DNA from: an uncultured Holosporaceae bacterium
GTDB taxonomy: Bacteria; Pseudomonadota; Alphaproteobacteria; UBA7879; UBA5542
Assembly (NCBI GenBank): GCA_964515175.1
Contig: CAZEUR010000002.1
Span: forward strand, 9,630-57,809
Reading direction: 5' to 3'
Length of the DNA stretch: 48,180 nucleotides
Under the pieces are notes generated by a model. The model was not told the DNA's origin. It did no database searches and was given only the letters and a program-made list of their open reading frames with translations. Of this stretch, positions 22,210 through 30,261 are shown in pieces (position 1 is the first letter of the stretch; every line of letters begins with the position of its first letter). Made by a program: the position numbers and the translations under genes.

Positions 22210-23000
22210 AGGAAAATGCATCTGGCATCATATTGCACGGTGAACAAGGTTTTGAGGGTATGCGGAAGGCTGGGAAACTTGCCGCCGAAGTGCTGGACTT
22301 TATAACGCTCCATGTTCAAAAAGGCGTTGCAACAGAAGAGCTCGACAAACTCTGCCATGATTTTATTGTGGCTCATGGGGCGATTCCAGCTCCCTTAAAT
22401 TATCGAGGATTTCCTAAATCCGTTTGTACGTCGGTCAACCATGTGGTTTGCCATGGGATTCCAGGCCCTAAAAAACTTTATGACGGAGATATCATCAACA
22501 TCGATGTGACGGTAATTCTGGATGGATGGCATGGGGATACAAGCCGCATGTTTTACGTGGGAGAACCGGGCGTTAAGGCGAAGCGATTGGTGGAGAGCAC
22601 TTATGAAGCCATGATGAGAGGTATCGAAGAGGTACGCCCCGGTGCAACGCTCGGAGATATCAGATACGCCATTCAGTCTTTTGCTGAAAAAAAAGGGTAC
22701 TCGGTGGTGAGGGATTTTTGCGGTCATGGCATTGGGCGCGTATTTCAAACAGAACCCCAGGTATTGCACTATGGACGCCCCAAAACGGGAGAGGTGCTTG
22801 AAGAGGGAATGTTTATGACCATTGAGCCCATGATTAATATTGGAGCCTTCGATGTGAAAGTGCTGCAAGACGGATGGACAGCGGTGACAAAAGATAAATC
22901 CCTTTCCGCTCAATTTGAACATACCATTGGGGTTACCGCCGATGGTTATGAGATTTTTACTGTGTCACCAAAGGGCTTCACGTGCCCACCCTATAGGTAA
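22206..23000 (+). CDS. map: Type I methionine aminopeptidase
   Basis: VCHGIPG, DIINIDVT, GWHGDTSRMF, GHGIG and TIEPMIN metal-ligand motifs. 264 aa. Confidence 0.95.
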   Translation: MKENASGIILHGEQGFEGMRKAGKLAAEVLDFITLHVQKGVATEELDKLCHDFIVAHGAIPAPLNYRGFPKSVCTSVNHVVCHGIPGPKKLYDGDIINIDVTVILDGWHGDTSRMFYVGEPGVKAKRLVESTYEAMMRGIEEVRPGATLGDIRYAIQSFAEKKGYSVVRDFCGHGIGRVFQTEPQVLHYGRPKTGEVLEEGMFMTIEPMINIGAFDVKVLQDGWTAVTKDKSLSAQFEHTIGVTADGYEIFTVSPKGFTCPPYR

Positions 23001-23004
23001 GACC

Positions 23005-23691
23005 ATGGCTGCAGATGATCATCAGTTAGGTCATCGGGCACGATTGCGAGCCAGGCTTTTAAGAGCAGGCGGGGAGGCTCTTGCGGATTATGAACTTCTG
23101 GAAATGGTTTTGTTTTTAAGTCACCCGCGGGGTGACGTAAAGCCTCTTGCCAAAGAACTTTTGAAACAATTTGGAAGCCTCTCAGGCATTTTTAGCGCTT
23201 CTTTGGAGGATTTACAAAAACTGAAAGGGTTTGGGGAAACCTCTGCCGCTGTTTTCAAAATGATTCGGGCCGTAGCTATTCGTTTAGCTCAAGAGCAACT
23301 TAAAACTAAAGCGGTTCTTTCCAATAAAAAAGAGCTCGTTCGGTATTGTCGGTTGCGGATTGAGGACATGAAGGTGGAGCAATTTCACGTATTTTACTTG
23401 GACAAGAAACGTCAGCTTATTGTGGATGAAATTCACCAAATTGGAACCGTTGATCGGGCAGCTGTGTATCCCCGGGAAATTATTAAACAGGCTCTTCAGC
23501 ATGGGGCATCTTCTTTGCTTTTGGCCCATAACCATCCCAGTGGGGACTGTACTCCCTCGCGGGCGGATATAGAGCTGACGCACTATATTGTGGCGGCAGG
23601 GGAGAAGCTGGGAATTATGGTGGAGGATCACCTCATTGTGAGCGCCACAGGGTACGTGTCTTTGAGAGAAGCTGGGATTCATAGGGTTTAA
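23005..23691 (+). CDS. radC: RadC-family JAB/MPN domain protein
   Basis: MAADDHQLGHRARLR... with the N-terminal HhH-like region LEDLQKLKGFGETSAA and the JAMM motif LLLAHNHPSGDCTPSRADIELT. The start at 23005 is just after the map stop. Confidence 0.9.
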   Translation: MAADDHQLGHRARLRARLLRAGGEALADYELLEMVLFLSHPRGDVKPLAKELLKQFGSLSGIFSASLEDLQKLKGFGETSAAVFKMIRAVAIRLAQEQLKTKAVLSNKKELVRYCRLRIEDMKVEQFHVFYLDKKRQLIVDEIHQIGTVDRAAVYPREIIKQALQHGASSLLLAHNHPSGDCTPSRADIELTHYIVAAGEKLGIMVEDHLIVSATGYVSLREAGIHRV

Positions 23692-23697
23692 AATTCC

Positions 23698-23726
23698 GCC
23701 TCATCCATATTGGGGCGAAAAAGTGT
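23698..23726 (+). repeat. Left copy of a 29-bp direct repeat bracketing the Sel1-repeat gene
   Basis: GCCTCATCCATATTGGGGCGAAAAAGTGT. The first 16 nt are identical to 24741-24756, and 23/29 match overall. Confidence 0.7.
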
Positions 23727-23758
23727 GTCCCAAAATAGGTTTTTAAAGGCTGCGCCGT

Positions 23759-24595
23759 CTACTGTGCATTAACCAAGCGGATCCCTTGCAGAAGATTGTG
23801 GGCGCCTTTGTGGCCTTGTTTTGTTGCGGAGATCAAATAGTGTACAAGTTGTCGCAACAAATCTTGCTCATTATTTTGATCCACTTTTGGAATCACTAAA
23901 ACGCAATAATTATATTGCGCCTCCATATGATTTTGGTCAGCAGCTAGCTTGAAATACCTTTCTGCTTCTGCAATATCTTTTGGGCCACCTTGGCCATTTG
24001 CTAAGAAAACTCCATATTTATACTGGGAATCAGCCAAAACATCGGATCGTCCGCTGTGGTTTGCGGCTAGACCAAAAAAATGACGAGCCTTTGCGTCATC
24101 TTGCGGTTCGCCCCCGAGCCCCTCATGACACATCCATGCATAATTTCTTTGCCCTGTTATATGTCCCTTCTCTGAGGCTTCTTGGTAAAGCAATCGGGCA
24201 CGTGGCAAATCTTGGTCCCCCCCCAATCCCTTTTCCAACAGGACTCCTAAATTTACCAAACTTTCTAGATCCTTTTGGGCTGCAGCCAATTCTAAATAAT
24301 GTCGAGCTAAGAAGAAATCTTTATCGCAGCCTATTCCATGTATATAAAGCCTAGAGCAGAATGATTGTGCCTCACAATCTCCTTCATCGGCAGCATTTCC
24401 CATAAATTTCAGAATTTTCTTGCGCTCCTCCAGAGAGCATTTTCCGTCCAAATAAAGGTTTTTTTCTGCTTGAACTCTCTGTTTTTGAAGCGAGCGTTGA
24501 TAATGAGCTGCATCTTCTCCTGCAGCGGCAAAAATAAAGGCAGGATAAATAATCACAGATAGAAAATAAAAATATTTCGATAAAAAGTATTTCAT
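23759..24595 (-). CDS. Sel1-repeat (SLR/TPR-like) protein with signal peptide
   Basis: 278 aa with a hydrophobic N-terminus (FYFLSVIIYPAFIFAAAG). About five Sel1-type repeats are present (A..Y...G.G...D...A..YF..AA..G, e.g. ARHYLELAAAQ, ARLLYQEASEKGH, ARHFFGLAAN, AERYFKLAADQNH). Confidence 0.85.
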   Translation of the reverse strand: MKYFLSKYFYFLSVIIYPAFIFAAAGEDAAHYQRSLQKQRVQAEKNLYLDGKCSLEERKKILKFMGNAADEGDCEAQSFCSRLYIHGIGCDKDFFLARHYLELAAAQKDLESLVNLGVLLEKGLGGDQDLPRARLLYQEASEKGHITGQRNYAWMCHEGLGGEPQDDAKARHFFGLAANHSGRSDVLADSQYKYGVFLANGQGGPKDIAEAERYFKLAADQNHMEAQYNYCVLVIPKVDQNNEQDLLRQLVHYLISATKQGHKGAHNLLQGIRLVNAQ

Positions 24596-24740
24596 TAAAC
24601 AATTATTTCTTAAAAAGTAAGTATTTTTCGGTTAGAAGATTATCATATACGTACAGCGGGATCAAGAGATTCGAAAAGAAGGAGTTTTCTGGCTCATTGA
24701 GACTAACTTGTGATGACAGAATCTGAAAGAAAATGGCGCT

Positions 24741-24769
24741 GCCTCATCCATATTGGACAACGAAAGTGT
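24741..24769 (+). repeat. Right copy of the 29-bp direct repeat bracketing the Sel1-repeat gene
   Basis: GCCTCATCCATATTGGACAACGAAAGTGT. See 23698-23726. Confidence 0.7.
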
Positions 24770-24886
24770 TTATTGGTATGTATTTTGTTAAGGATAAAGA
24801 GTTAGGTGCCCCCAAAAGTACCCCCAGATGATTTTGTGAACGGAGTGGATTAGAAATATCGCAGATCTCTTCGTGCCATGAAGGTA

Positions 24887-24913
24887 TCAATACGCAGTGT
24901 GCAGGTTTCAAGG
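24887..24913 (+). repeat. IS982-like terminal inverted repeat (left partner)
   Basis: TCAATACGCAGTGTGCAGGTTTCAAGG matches the reverse complement of 27103-27130 (TCTATACGCAGTGTGCAAGTTTTCAAGG) with 2 mismatches and one 1-nt gap. Confidence 0.7.
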
Positions 24914-25004
24914 AAGTATATTTTCGATTTAAAAGGGAGCATTTGGGTGAGGAGATTTATTTAGGAAGAGTGTTAGTTGCAGTATGGGCCCCCTTCTGGT
25001 GCCG

Positions 25005-26114
25005 CTAATTTTGGCTGAAGCCCCGGGATTTTTCTAGAAGTTTTAGAACGCCTGCAATAAAGATCCCGGATAACATAAGGTTAAGGGCCAAGCTCAACAT
25101 GGCAAGTGTGTTGACATAACCTGTAAATCCATACCCAACGGCAATCAACAGAACTGCTGCTCCCACTTCCCCTCGAGGAAACATCGCAATACTCAAGGCT
25201 AACCTTTCTTTCAAAGAAGCTTCTTTTCTATAACAAATTAAACAGAAAGATTTTCCTAAATTGGAAAGAACCATTAATGCAAAAACATGCCCCACAGTCT
25301 CCTTCCAAGCGATCGCGTCGACACACATCTTTGGGAGAGAGAGCCCCACTAAGACCATGAATAAGCCCTTAATCAATAAATCCAATGACAGAGGTTTAGG
25401 CCTAGTCTGAAGAGCAGGGTTCTTTTGAGCATGCAGCAAGCATCCACCCATAAATGCCGGAACCAAGACTTCAATGTGAATATTACTTGCGTTCTTAATT
25501 CCCAACAGAGTGCAAACCAGCGCAAGTGCGTAAAACAAAAGCCAGCCTTTTGTAGTAGGCCATAAGACTTTATTCTGCCAGCGAAACGCTGCAAACAGAA
25601 AGGCTGCGATCAAGATAATAACAACTCCTGACTGCAGCTCAAATCCGTGCAGAAGGATCTGCAGGGGGATCAATAAAATGAGTGTTGCTAAATCGTCTAA
25701 AATGGCCAATAGCCGAGCTTTTTTAAAAACCCATGTGAGATGTAGACCTGCGGCAGTCATCATTGTAAAAAGGATTCCGGCGGATGTAGGTGCCGATGAC
25801 ATGGCTCCCAATGCTGAAGGGGACCAGTCGGCTTTTAAGATAAAAATAAAGTATAAAAAACACAATAAAGCTGGAGAAAATGCGGCCATAAACGCAATAA
25901 AAGCATCTTGTCTATAGGTCGTAATTTTCTTTTTATCAATTGAGAACTCCAATCCTACCTCTATCATTATAAATGCCAAACATACAGCTGTGCTGAATTC
26001 AAGAAGATCCCTCATGTTTGAGAAATCAACCATCTGTCCGAGCAAAATTCCTCCGATTAAAAGACCGCTAAAAATTAAAATCATGACCCTCTTTCTATAA
26101 ACTGTGATCGACAA
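25005..26114 (-). CDS. Cation:proton antiporter (Na+/H+ exchanger superfamily) membrane protein
   Basis: 369 aa and almost entirely hydrophobic (about 10-11 TM segments). EVGLEFSIDKKK after TM2 resembles the CPA-family (L)E(L/F)D motif. It lies between the IS982-like left IR and the transposase pseudogene. Confidence 0.6.
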   Translation of the reverse strand: MSITVYRKRVMILIFSGLLIGGILLGQMVDFSNMRDLLEFSTAVCLAFIMIEVGLEFSIDKKKITTYRQDAFIAFMAAFSPALLCFLYFIFILKADWSPSALGAMSSAPTSAGILFTMMTAAGLHLTWVFKKARLLAILDDLATLILLIPLQILLHGFELQSGVVIILIAAFLFAAFRWQNKVLWPTTKGWLLFYALALVCTLLGIKNASNIHIEVLVPAFMGGCLLHAQKNPALQTRPKPLSLDLLIKGLFMVLVGLSLPKMCVDAIAWKETVGHVFALMVLSNLGKSFCLICYRKEASLKERLALSIAMFPRGEVGAAVLLIAVGYGFTGYVNTLAMLSLALNLMLSGIFIAGVLKLLEKSRGFSQN

Positions 26115-26221
26115 TAGAGCCCTTTATGCCAAAGAACTTTCTGATTAAAAAGACAAAGACATGGCGTATTTTCTATAAAGATAAAAAAGCACTTAACAAT
26201 CAACGTTACAGAGGTAATACC

Positions 26222-27108
26222 ATGTCCAAAGAGCATCTTATCATAGAGGTTTATTGCGTAGTAGAAGAAACATATAAAAAAGTTGTAGGTGAGAAAAAAC
26301 TCAGAAAACGCGGGCCTTCTCCCGCATTAACCGACAGCGAAGTGCTCACGATTTTGACGGTGGGGGAATACCTGGGCCTTGGGAGCGATAAAAAGATCTG
26401 GTCTTGTTTTAGACGTCATTGGCAGGAATGGTTCCCAAACCTTGGATGTTGAACAAGCTTTGTGAGGCAAAGCGCTAATCTGCTCGCTGTCCTTGACCGA
26501 ATGCAAAGCGAAATCTCGGATCAGCTCTGTGAGGGTACGGACCTTTTTTGTTTGATGGATTCCCCATTCCGCTGTGTCACATTTGACGCTACAAACGCTC
26601 TCGTCCTTTTAAAGGGATTGCAGAGGTCGGTTGTTGTGCGGCCAAAGACCAAAAGTATTTTGGATTTAAAGAGCACCTTCTCATCTCTTATAAAGGAGTG
26701 GCACGAGCGTTATCCGTAACCCCTGCTAACGTTGATGAAAGAGATGTTCTCCGCGGGACCACTCAAAATATCAAAGGAGATGTGATTGGGGACAAAGGAC
26801 TCATACGTCCAGAGCTGAACATTACCCTAAAAAATCGCGGGATCTTCCTTCATACACCCTTGCGCAAAAACATGTACGACCCGCGGACAAAGTCTTTCGC
26901 ATCTCAATTGATGAACATCCGACGTCAGGTTGAAACGGTCATTGGACAGCTCGTTGATCGATTCAAGATTCAGGCTATTAAAGCCAAAGATTCCTGGCAT
27001 CTTATGGCTAAAATAGGTCGCAAACTCCTCAGCCATACCATCTGCTTCTTCATTAACCTATCCCGTAACCCCATGTGCCCTCTTCAACTCGAAAATCTTC
27101 TACCTTGA
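26222..27108 (+). pseudogene. IS982-family DDE transposase, decayed
   Basis: MSKEHLIIEVYCVVEETY...RKRGPSPALTDSEVLTILTVGEYLGL...FPNLG then an in-frame TGA (26450-26452). A frame change follows near 26555-26570 (DS/FPIPLCHI), then a second in-frame TGA (26584-26586), then ...YFGFKEHLLISYKGVARALSVTPANVDERDVL... running to the stop at 27106-27108 inside the right IR. Confidence 0.8.
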
Positions 27109-27130
27109 AAACTTGCACACTGCGTATAGA
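27103..27130 (+). repeat. IS982-like terminal inverted repeat (right partner)
   Basis: CCTTGAAAACTTGCACACTGCGTATAGA contains the transposase stop codon. It is the inverted match to 24887-24913. Confidence 0.7.
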
Positions 27131-27143
27131 TTAAAGGTTATAG

Positions 27144-28259
27144 TTAGACTTTGGGTCCTTTCTCGGATGAAAGAAATTCTCGAGCTTTTTCCTCAGCTTT
27201 TTTCCACAGCTCATTGAGAGATTTAGGATCGCTAGAATGGGGAGTGAAATACCATATTATACGAGGAATTTTTGAAGAGGGGGCTGTCTCTGATTTTATA
27301 AATTGTTGTATGTTACCTTCTATTTGGGTAGTTTTTTCAGGATCTGTAACATAAGACCTGTGGTGCCTAGAAAAATGTACTAAAGCATGAAATATTTCCG
27401 GAATATTATCAGCATTCATTTTTTGATCATAAAATCTAAAAAAATAGTCCACTTGTTGTTTTAATGCTGCCTTGTGCTGTTCGAAGGGAGAATGAAGAAA
27501 GGAAAATACCTGATCTTCAGTGTTTAGTAGATCGATAACTCTTCCTAAATCATCGCCACATATGGGATGGGACATAGAGGGTATATGACAATTGAATGCA
27601 AACATATTCTTCAAAATAATACATATCTTCCCAATACAATCAGCATTCATCCAGGGACGTACACATTTGCTAATTTCTGCGAAAGAGTCTAATTGACTGT
27701 AAAAAAAACTTCGGATGGAGTTAAGCCTAAGCTCTTGGCAATCAGAGGAGGTCTGAAAGTAATGCTGAGGGTATCGGATATATCCCAAGATTTTTTCGCC
27801 ATCCTTTTTAGTCATCCCTGGTTGAAGAAGATATTGTGATATCTTAAGTTGAACAGGATCCTCTGGATTTGGAACAAAAGGTTCCTCTCTTACGCCAGTT
27901 GTTCTTAAGGCAGCCATTAATTCTGCAATCTGGGCAGCTTGCTGGGCCATTGTATCTGACAGAGAAGCAACTTTCGCTTTTAGATCAGCTATCTCCTCTA
28001 CCTCAGCCGGGACATCGGCACATGCAGCGGCTGCTGTGGCCATTTGGGCAGGTACTACAGGCGCAGGAGGATTTGGATTAACTTCTGCGGCCGCTGCTCT
28101 TTGGCTTAAAAACGCTGTAGCATCCACCAAAGGAATCCCTCGACGGGCAAAAATGGCGTGCTCTTCAGGAGTTAATTCCAACGCCCCATGAGCTGTTGCT
28201 GTGATTCCAATTAAACAAAGGAGACTTTTCTTCCACATGATAATCCTCAAACTCTTCAT
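27144..28259 (-). CDS. Hypothetical secreted protein (orphan)
   Basis: 371 aa with a signal-peptide-like N-terminus (MWKKSLLCLIGITATAHGA). An Ala/Pro-rich stretch and a heptad-like segment (EEIADLKAKVASLSDTMAQQAAQIAELMAAL) follow, then a Cys/His-containing C-terminal region with no motif I recognise. Confidence 0.6.
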   Translation of the reverse strand: MKSLRIIMWKKSLLCLIGITATAHGALELTPEEHAIFARRGIPLVDATAFLSQRAAAAEVNPNPPAPVVPAQMATAAAACADVPAEVEEIADLKAKVASLSDTMAQQAAQIAELMAALRTTGVREEPFVPNPEDPVQLKISQYLLQPGMTKKDGEKILGYIRYPQHYFQTSSDCQELRLNSIRSFFYSQLDSFAEISKCVRPWMNADCIGKICIILKNMFAFNCHIPSMSHPICGDDLGRVIDLLNTEDQVFSFLHSPFEQHKAALKQQVDYFFRFYDQKMNADNIPEIFHALVHFSRHHRSYVTDPEKTTQIEGNIQQFIKSETAPSSKIPRIIWYFTPHSSDPKSLNELWKKAEEKAREFLSSEKGPKV

Positions 28260-28576
28260 GGGATCTTTTTAGCGCAAAAGGGAATGTGTGGCTAGCAGAA
28301 GTTTTGACTAATTTCCTCCCCATTGATTTTTCTCAAAAAACTCGCTGTGCTACAAGCATTGAAATTCCTTCCCCGCGAGTTATTCATTTTGCATTTATAA
28401 ATTGATCGTTTGGTAGATGATGAGCCGCAAGATTATCTCCTCTTTTTGAAACTGTATCAACTATGCTGTTGAAAATAATTTAGGCGGTTCTTACTACACA
28501 TAAGACATCATTTTCTTTAAAAGTCCTTTGTAGGAGGCGATTTTTGGACGATATCGGATCGTATGAGAAGAGAGAA

Positions 28577-28663
28577 TGGTGCCCGCTGCCGGACTCGAAC
28601 CGGCAAGGCCGCAAAGCCAACGGATTTTAAGTCCGTCGTGTCTACCTGTTCCACCAAGCGGGC
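28577..28663 (-). tRNA. tRNA-Leu (anticodon UAA), class II with long variable arm, CCA encoded
   Basis: The reverse complement folds as acceptor GCCCGCT/AGCGGGC, anticodon stem ACGGA/TCCGT with loop CTTAAAA (anticodon TAA), a long variable arm, and T-arm GCCGG-TTCGAGT-CCGGC with 3' ACCA. Confidence 0.92.
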
Positions 28664-28761
28664 TACGTAATTTTATTCTTCTTGTTCAGAGGAAGTCCAA
28701 GAAGAAGACTTTTTCAACCTAACGAATCCAGGGGATTCAATCAAGCTTTTTTTAAAGAAGA

Positions 28762-28793
28762 CCTAAAAAGAAAGGGCCTTGTAAAGGCCCTTT
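28762..28793 (-). terminator. Rho-independent terminator downstream of the porin gene
   Basis: The minus strand reads AAAGGGCCT-TTACA-AGGCCCTTT (9-bp stem, 28771-28793) followed by a T-rich run (TCTTTTTAGG), 25 nt after the porin stop. Confidence 0.7.
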
Positions 28794-28818
28794 CGAAGTT
28801 AAAGTGTTGGTAGTGCGA

Positions 28819-30009
28819 TTAGAAACGGACTCTGGATCCAAGAATAAACGCTGTACCATGGTTGCTTTTGTTTGTTGTAGGGTAGTTCGAATAAATATCC
28901 GTGCTGGATACAGTTGCGTCTGTAACAGAAGCATTTGGCGCCTTTGTTGTTACGTTATCGATTTCAACAAATGCTTCCAAACCAGGCATCACTACGTAGT
29001 CAACAGCGGCCACAAGAACATCACCCTTAGCCTTACCGCCGGTCACTTTACGTTCCGTGTGCGTCATACCAAGAGAGGCATTCATATTGTGCGCAAAGTC
29101 ATAGCCCGCAGCGATACCAAACCCTTTCGTGTTCGTAGCGTTCGTGCCTTTCCTTGCCAAAGATTTTCCATTGTCAAAGTAAGACCCTCCAAGCTGCCAG
29201 TTTCCAACATCTCCGAGGAAACCGATCTGCCAAGCATTCACGTTGTTAACAGAGTTTCCTGTTCCTGACGAACCGTGACCCTTACCAGACGCGTACACAC
29301 CGTAGATTCCTACGTTTGCCTTGCTGAAGGAGTGGTTGTAAGACAGCGCTGTAGCCAAATGGTTTTGAACATAAGGATACGCTGATGCGTTGTTCAGAGT
29401 TCCTGAGGAATTCGTTGTGTTTCCACTCTTGACGCGACCATAGAAGTTTGAGTTAGGCGTGAAAGAAAGCCCAAGCTGGAATCCATGAACGGTCGGAGAA
29501 GTATAAGTAATCTTCGTGGCATGATCATTGATCTGCTCGATAGACTCTCTTAAATCAACACCGCGCGTGATGTTATAGTACTTGTTTATATCCCGACCTC
29601 TAAGAGCGCCCAAAACGTCACCAGAAGAGTACATCATTGTATCTTCAACGCCGTTAGTGTCTCCAAACTTTACGTTTCCAAGAGATTCATGGTTCACGTA
29701 AACATAAACCTCAGACAATCCATCAGTTGTAGAGAACTTGCTGCGGTCCAAAGAAATAACAGCCATACCTCCGTAGGTAAGATTGCTGTCTGTTGTGCCA
29801 GCAACACTTACAACCAACTCACCATTTGTTTGGAAAGTCACTTCTTTTGCAGATCTTATTTTTTGGTTAACGGCGAAACCAGCGGCCTGGACAGAACCAC
29901 CGAAGCTAAGAGCAGGGCCACGAGAGAGAGGGCCAGGAACACTAGCCGAAGACTCCAGAGCCGCCAAAGAAACGCCCGCCAAAGTCAAAGCTTTTAAAAA
30001 TTTTCTCAT
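28819..30009 (-). CDS. Outer-membrane porin (beta-barrel)
   Basis: Signal peptide MRKFLKALTLAGVSLAALESSAS, alternating beta-strand pattern, Gly/Asn/Thr/Ser-rich loops, and a C-terminal ...ILGSRVRF ending in the aromatic residue typical of OMPs. I prefer the ATG at 30009 (GGAG about 9 nt upstream) over 30018. Confidence 0.8.
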   Translation of the reverse strand: MRKFLKALTLAGVSLAALESSASVPGPLSRGPALSFGGSVQAAGFAVNQKIRSAKEVTFQTNGELVVSVAGTTDSNLTYGGMAVISLDRSKFSTTDGLSEVYVYVNHESLGNVKFGDTNGVEDTMMYSSGDVLGALRGRDINKYYNITRGVDLRESIEQINDHATKITYTSPTVHGFQLGLSFTPNSNFYGRVKSGNTTNSSGTLNNASAYPYVQNHLATALSYNHSFSKANVGIYGVYASGKGHGSSGTGNSVNNVNAWQIGFLGDVGNWQLGGSYFDNGKSLARKGTNATNTKGFGIAAGYDFAHNMNASLGMTHTERKVTGGKAKGDVLVAAVDYVVMPGLEAFVEIDNVTTKAPNASVTDATVSSTDIYSNYPTTNKSNHGTAFILGSRVRF

Positions 30010-30118
30010 ATTAAACATCTCCTAAAAAATCAAGTTTTATACATTTATAAAACCTCATTCCAAGAAAGAACGCAATGGCAAAAAGTAGAATTCTAACAGA
30101 AACCGAAAGAGAGTTGCT

Positions 30119-30256
30119 TCATGGCAACAAATTTCTAGGGCTAGGATACGTTTTTGGAAAAGAACCATCCCCAGGCCTTTCGAGTGGGCCTTTCTTCCCG
30201 CAAGAACTGAGGAAAAGGGCGGCAAACAAAAGGCTTATTAAAAATTTGTAACTCAT
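30119..30256 (-). CDS. Small lipoprotein (CG.KGPL type lipobox peptide)
   Basis: MSYKFLISLLFAALFLSSCGKKGPLERP... has a lipobox LSSC followed by GKKGPL, as in the short LPAM-type lipoproteins of proteobacteria. It starts 5 nt after the ubiA stop on the same strand. Confidence 0.6.
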   Translation of the reverse strand: MSYKFLISLLFAALFLSSCGKKGPLERPGDGSFPKTYPSPRNLLP

Positions 30257-30261
30257 GCTTT

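Noticed and set aside
22395-23682. Minus-strand ORFs of 175 aa (22395-22922) and 132 aa (23284-23682)
   Set aside because: They are antisense to map and radC respectively and show no motifs.
26450-26586. TGA read as a sense codon (recoding) in the transposase
   Set aside because: TGA is used as a normal stop by several intact genes here (dnaN, sfsA, rsmE and the Atm1-like gene). A frameshift also disrupts the same gene, so plain decay is the simpler explanation.
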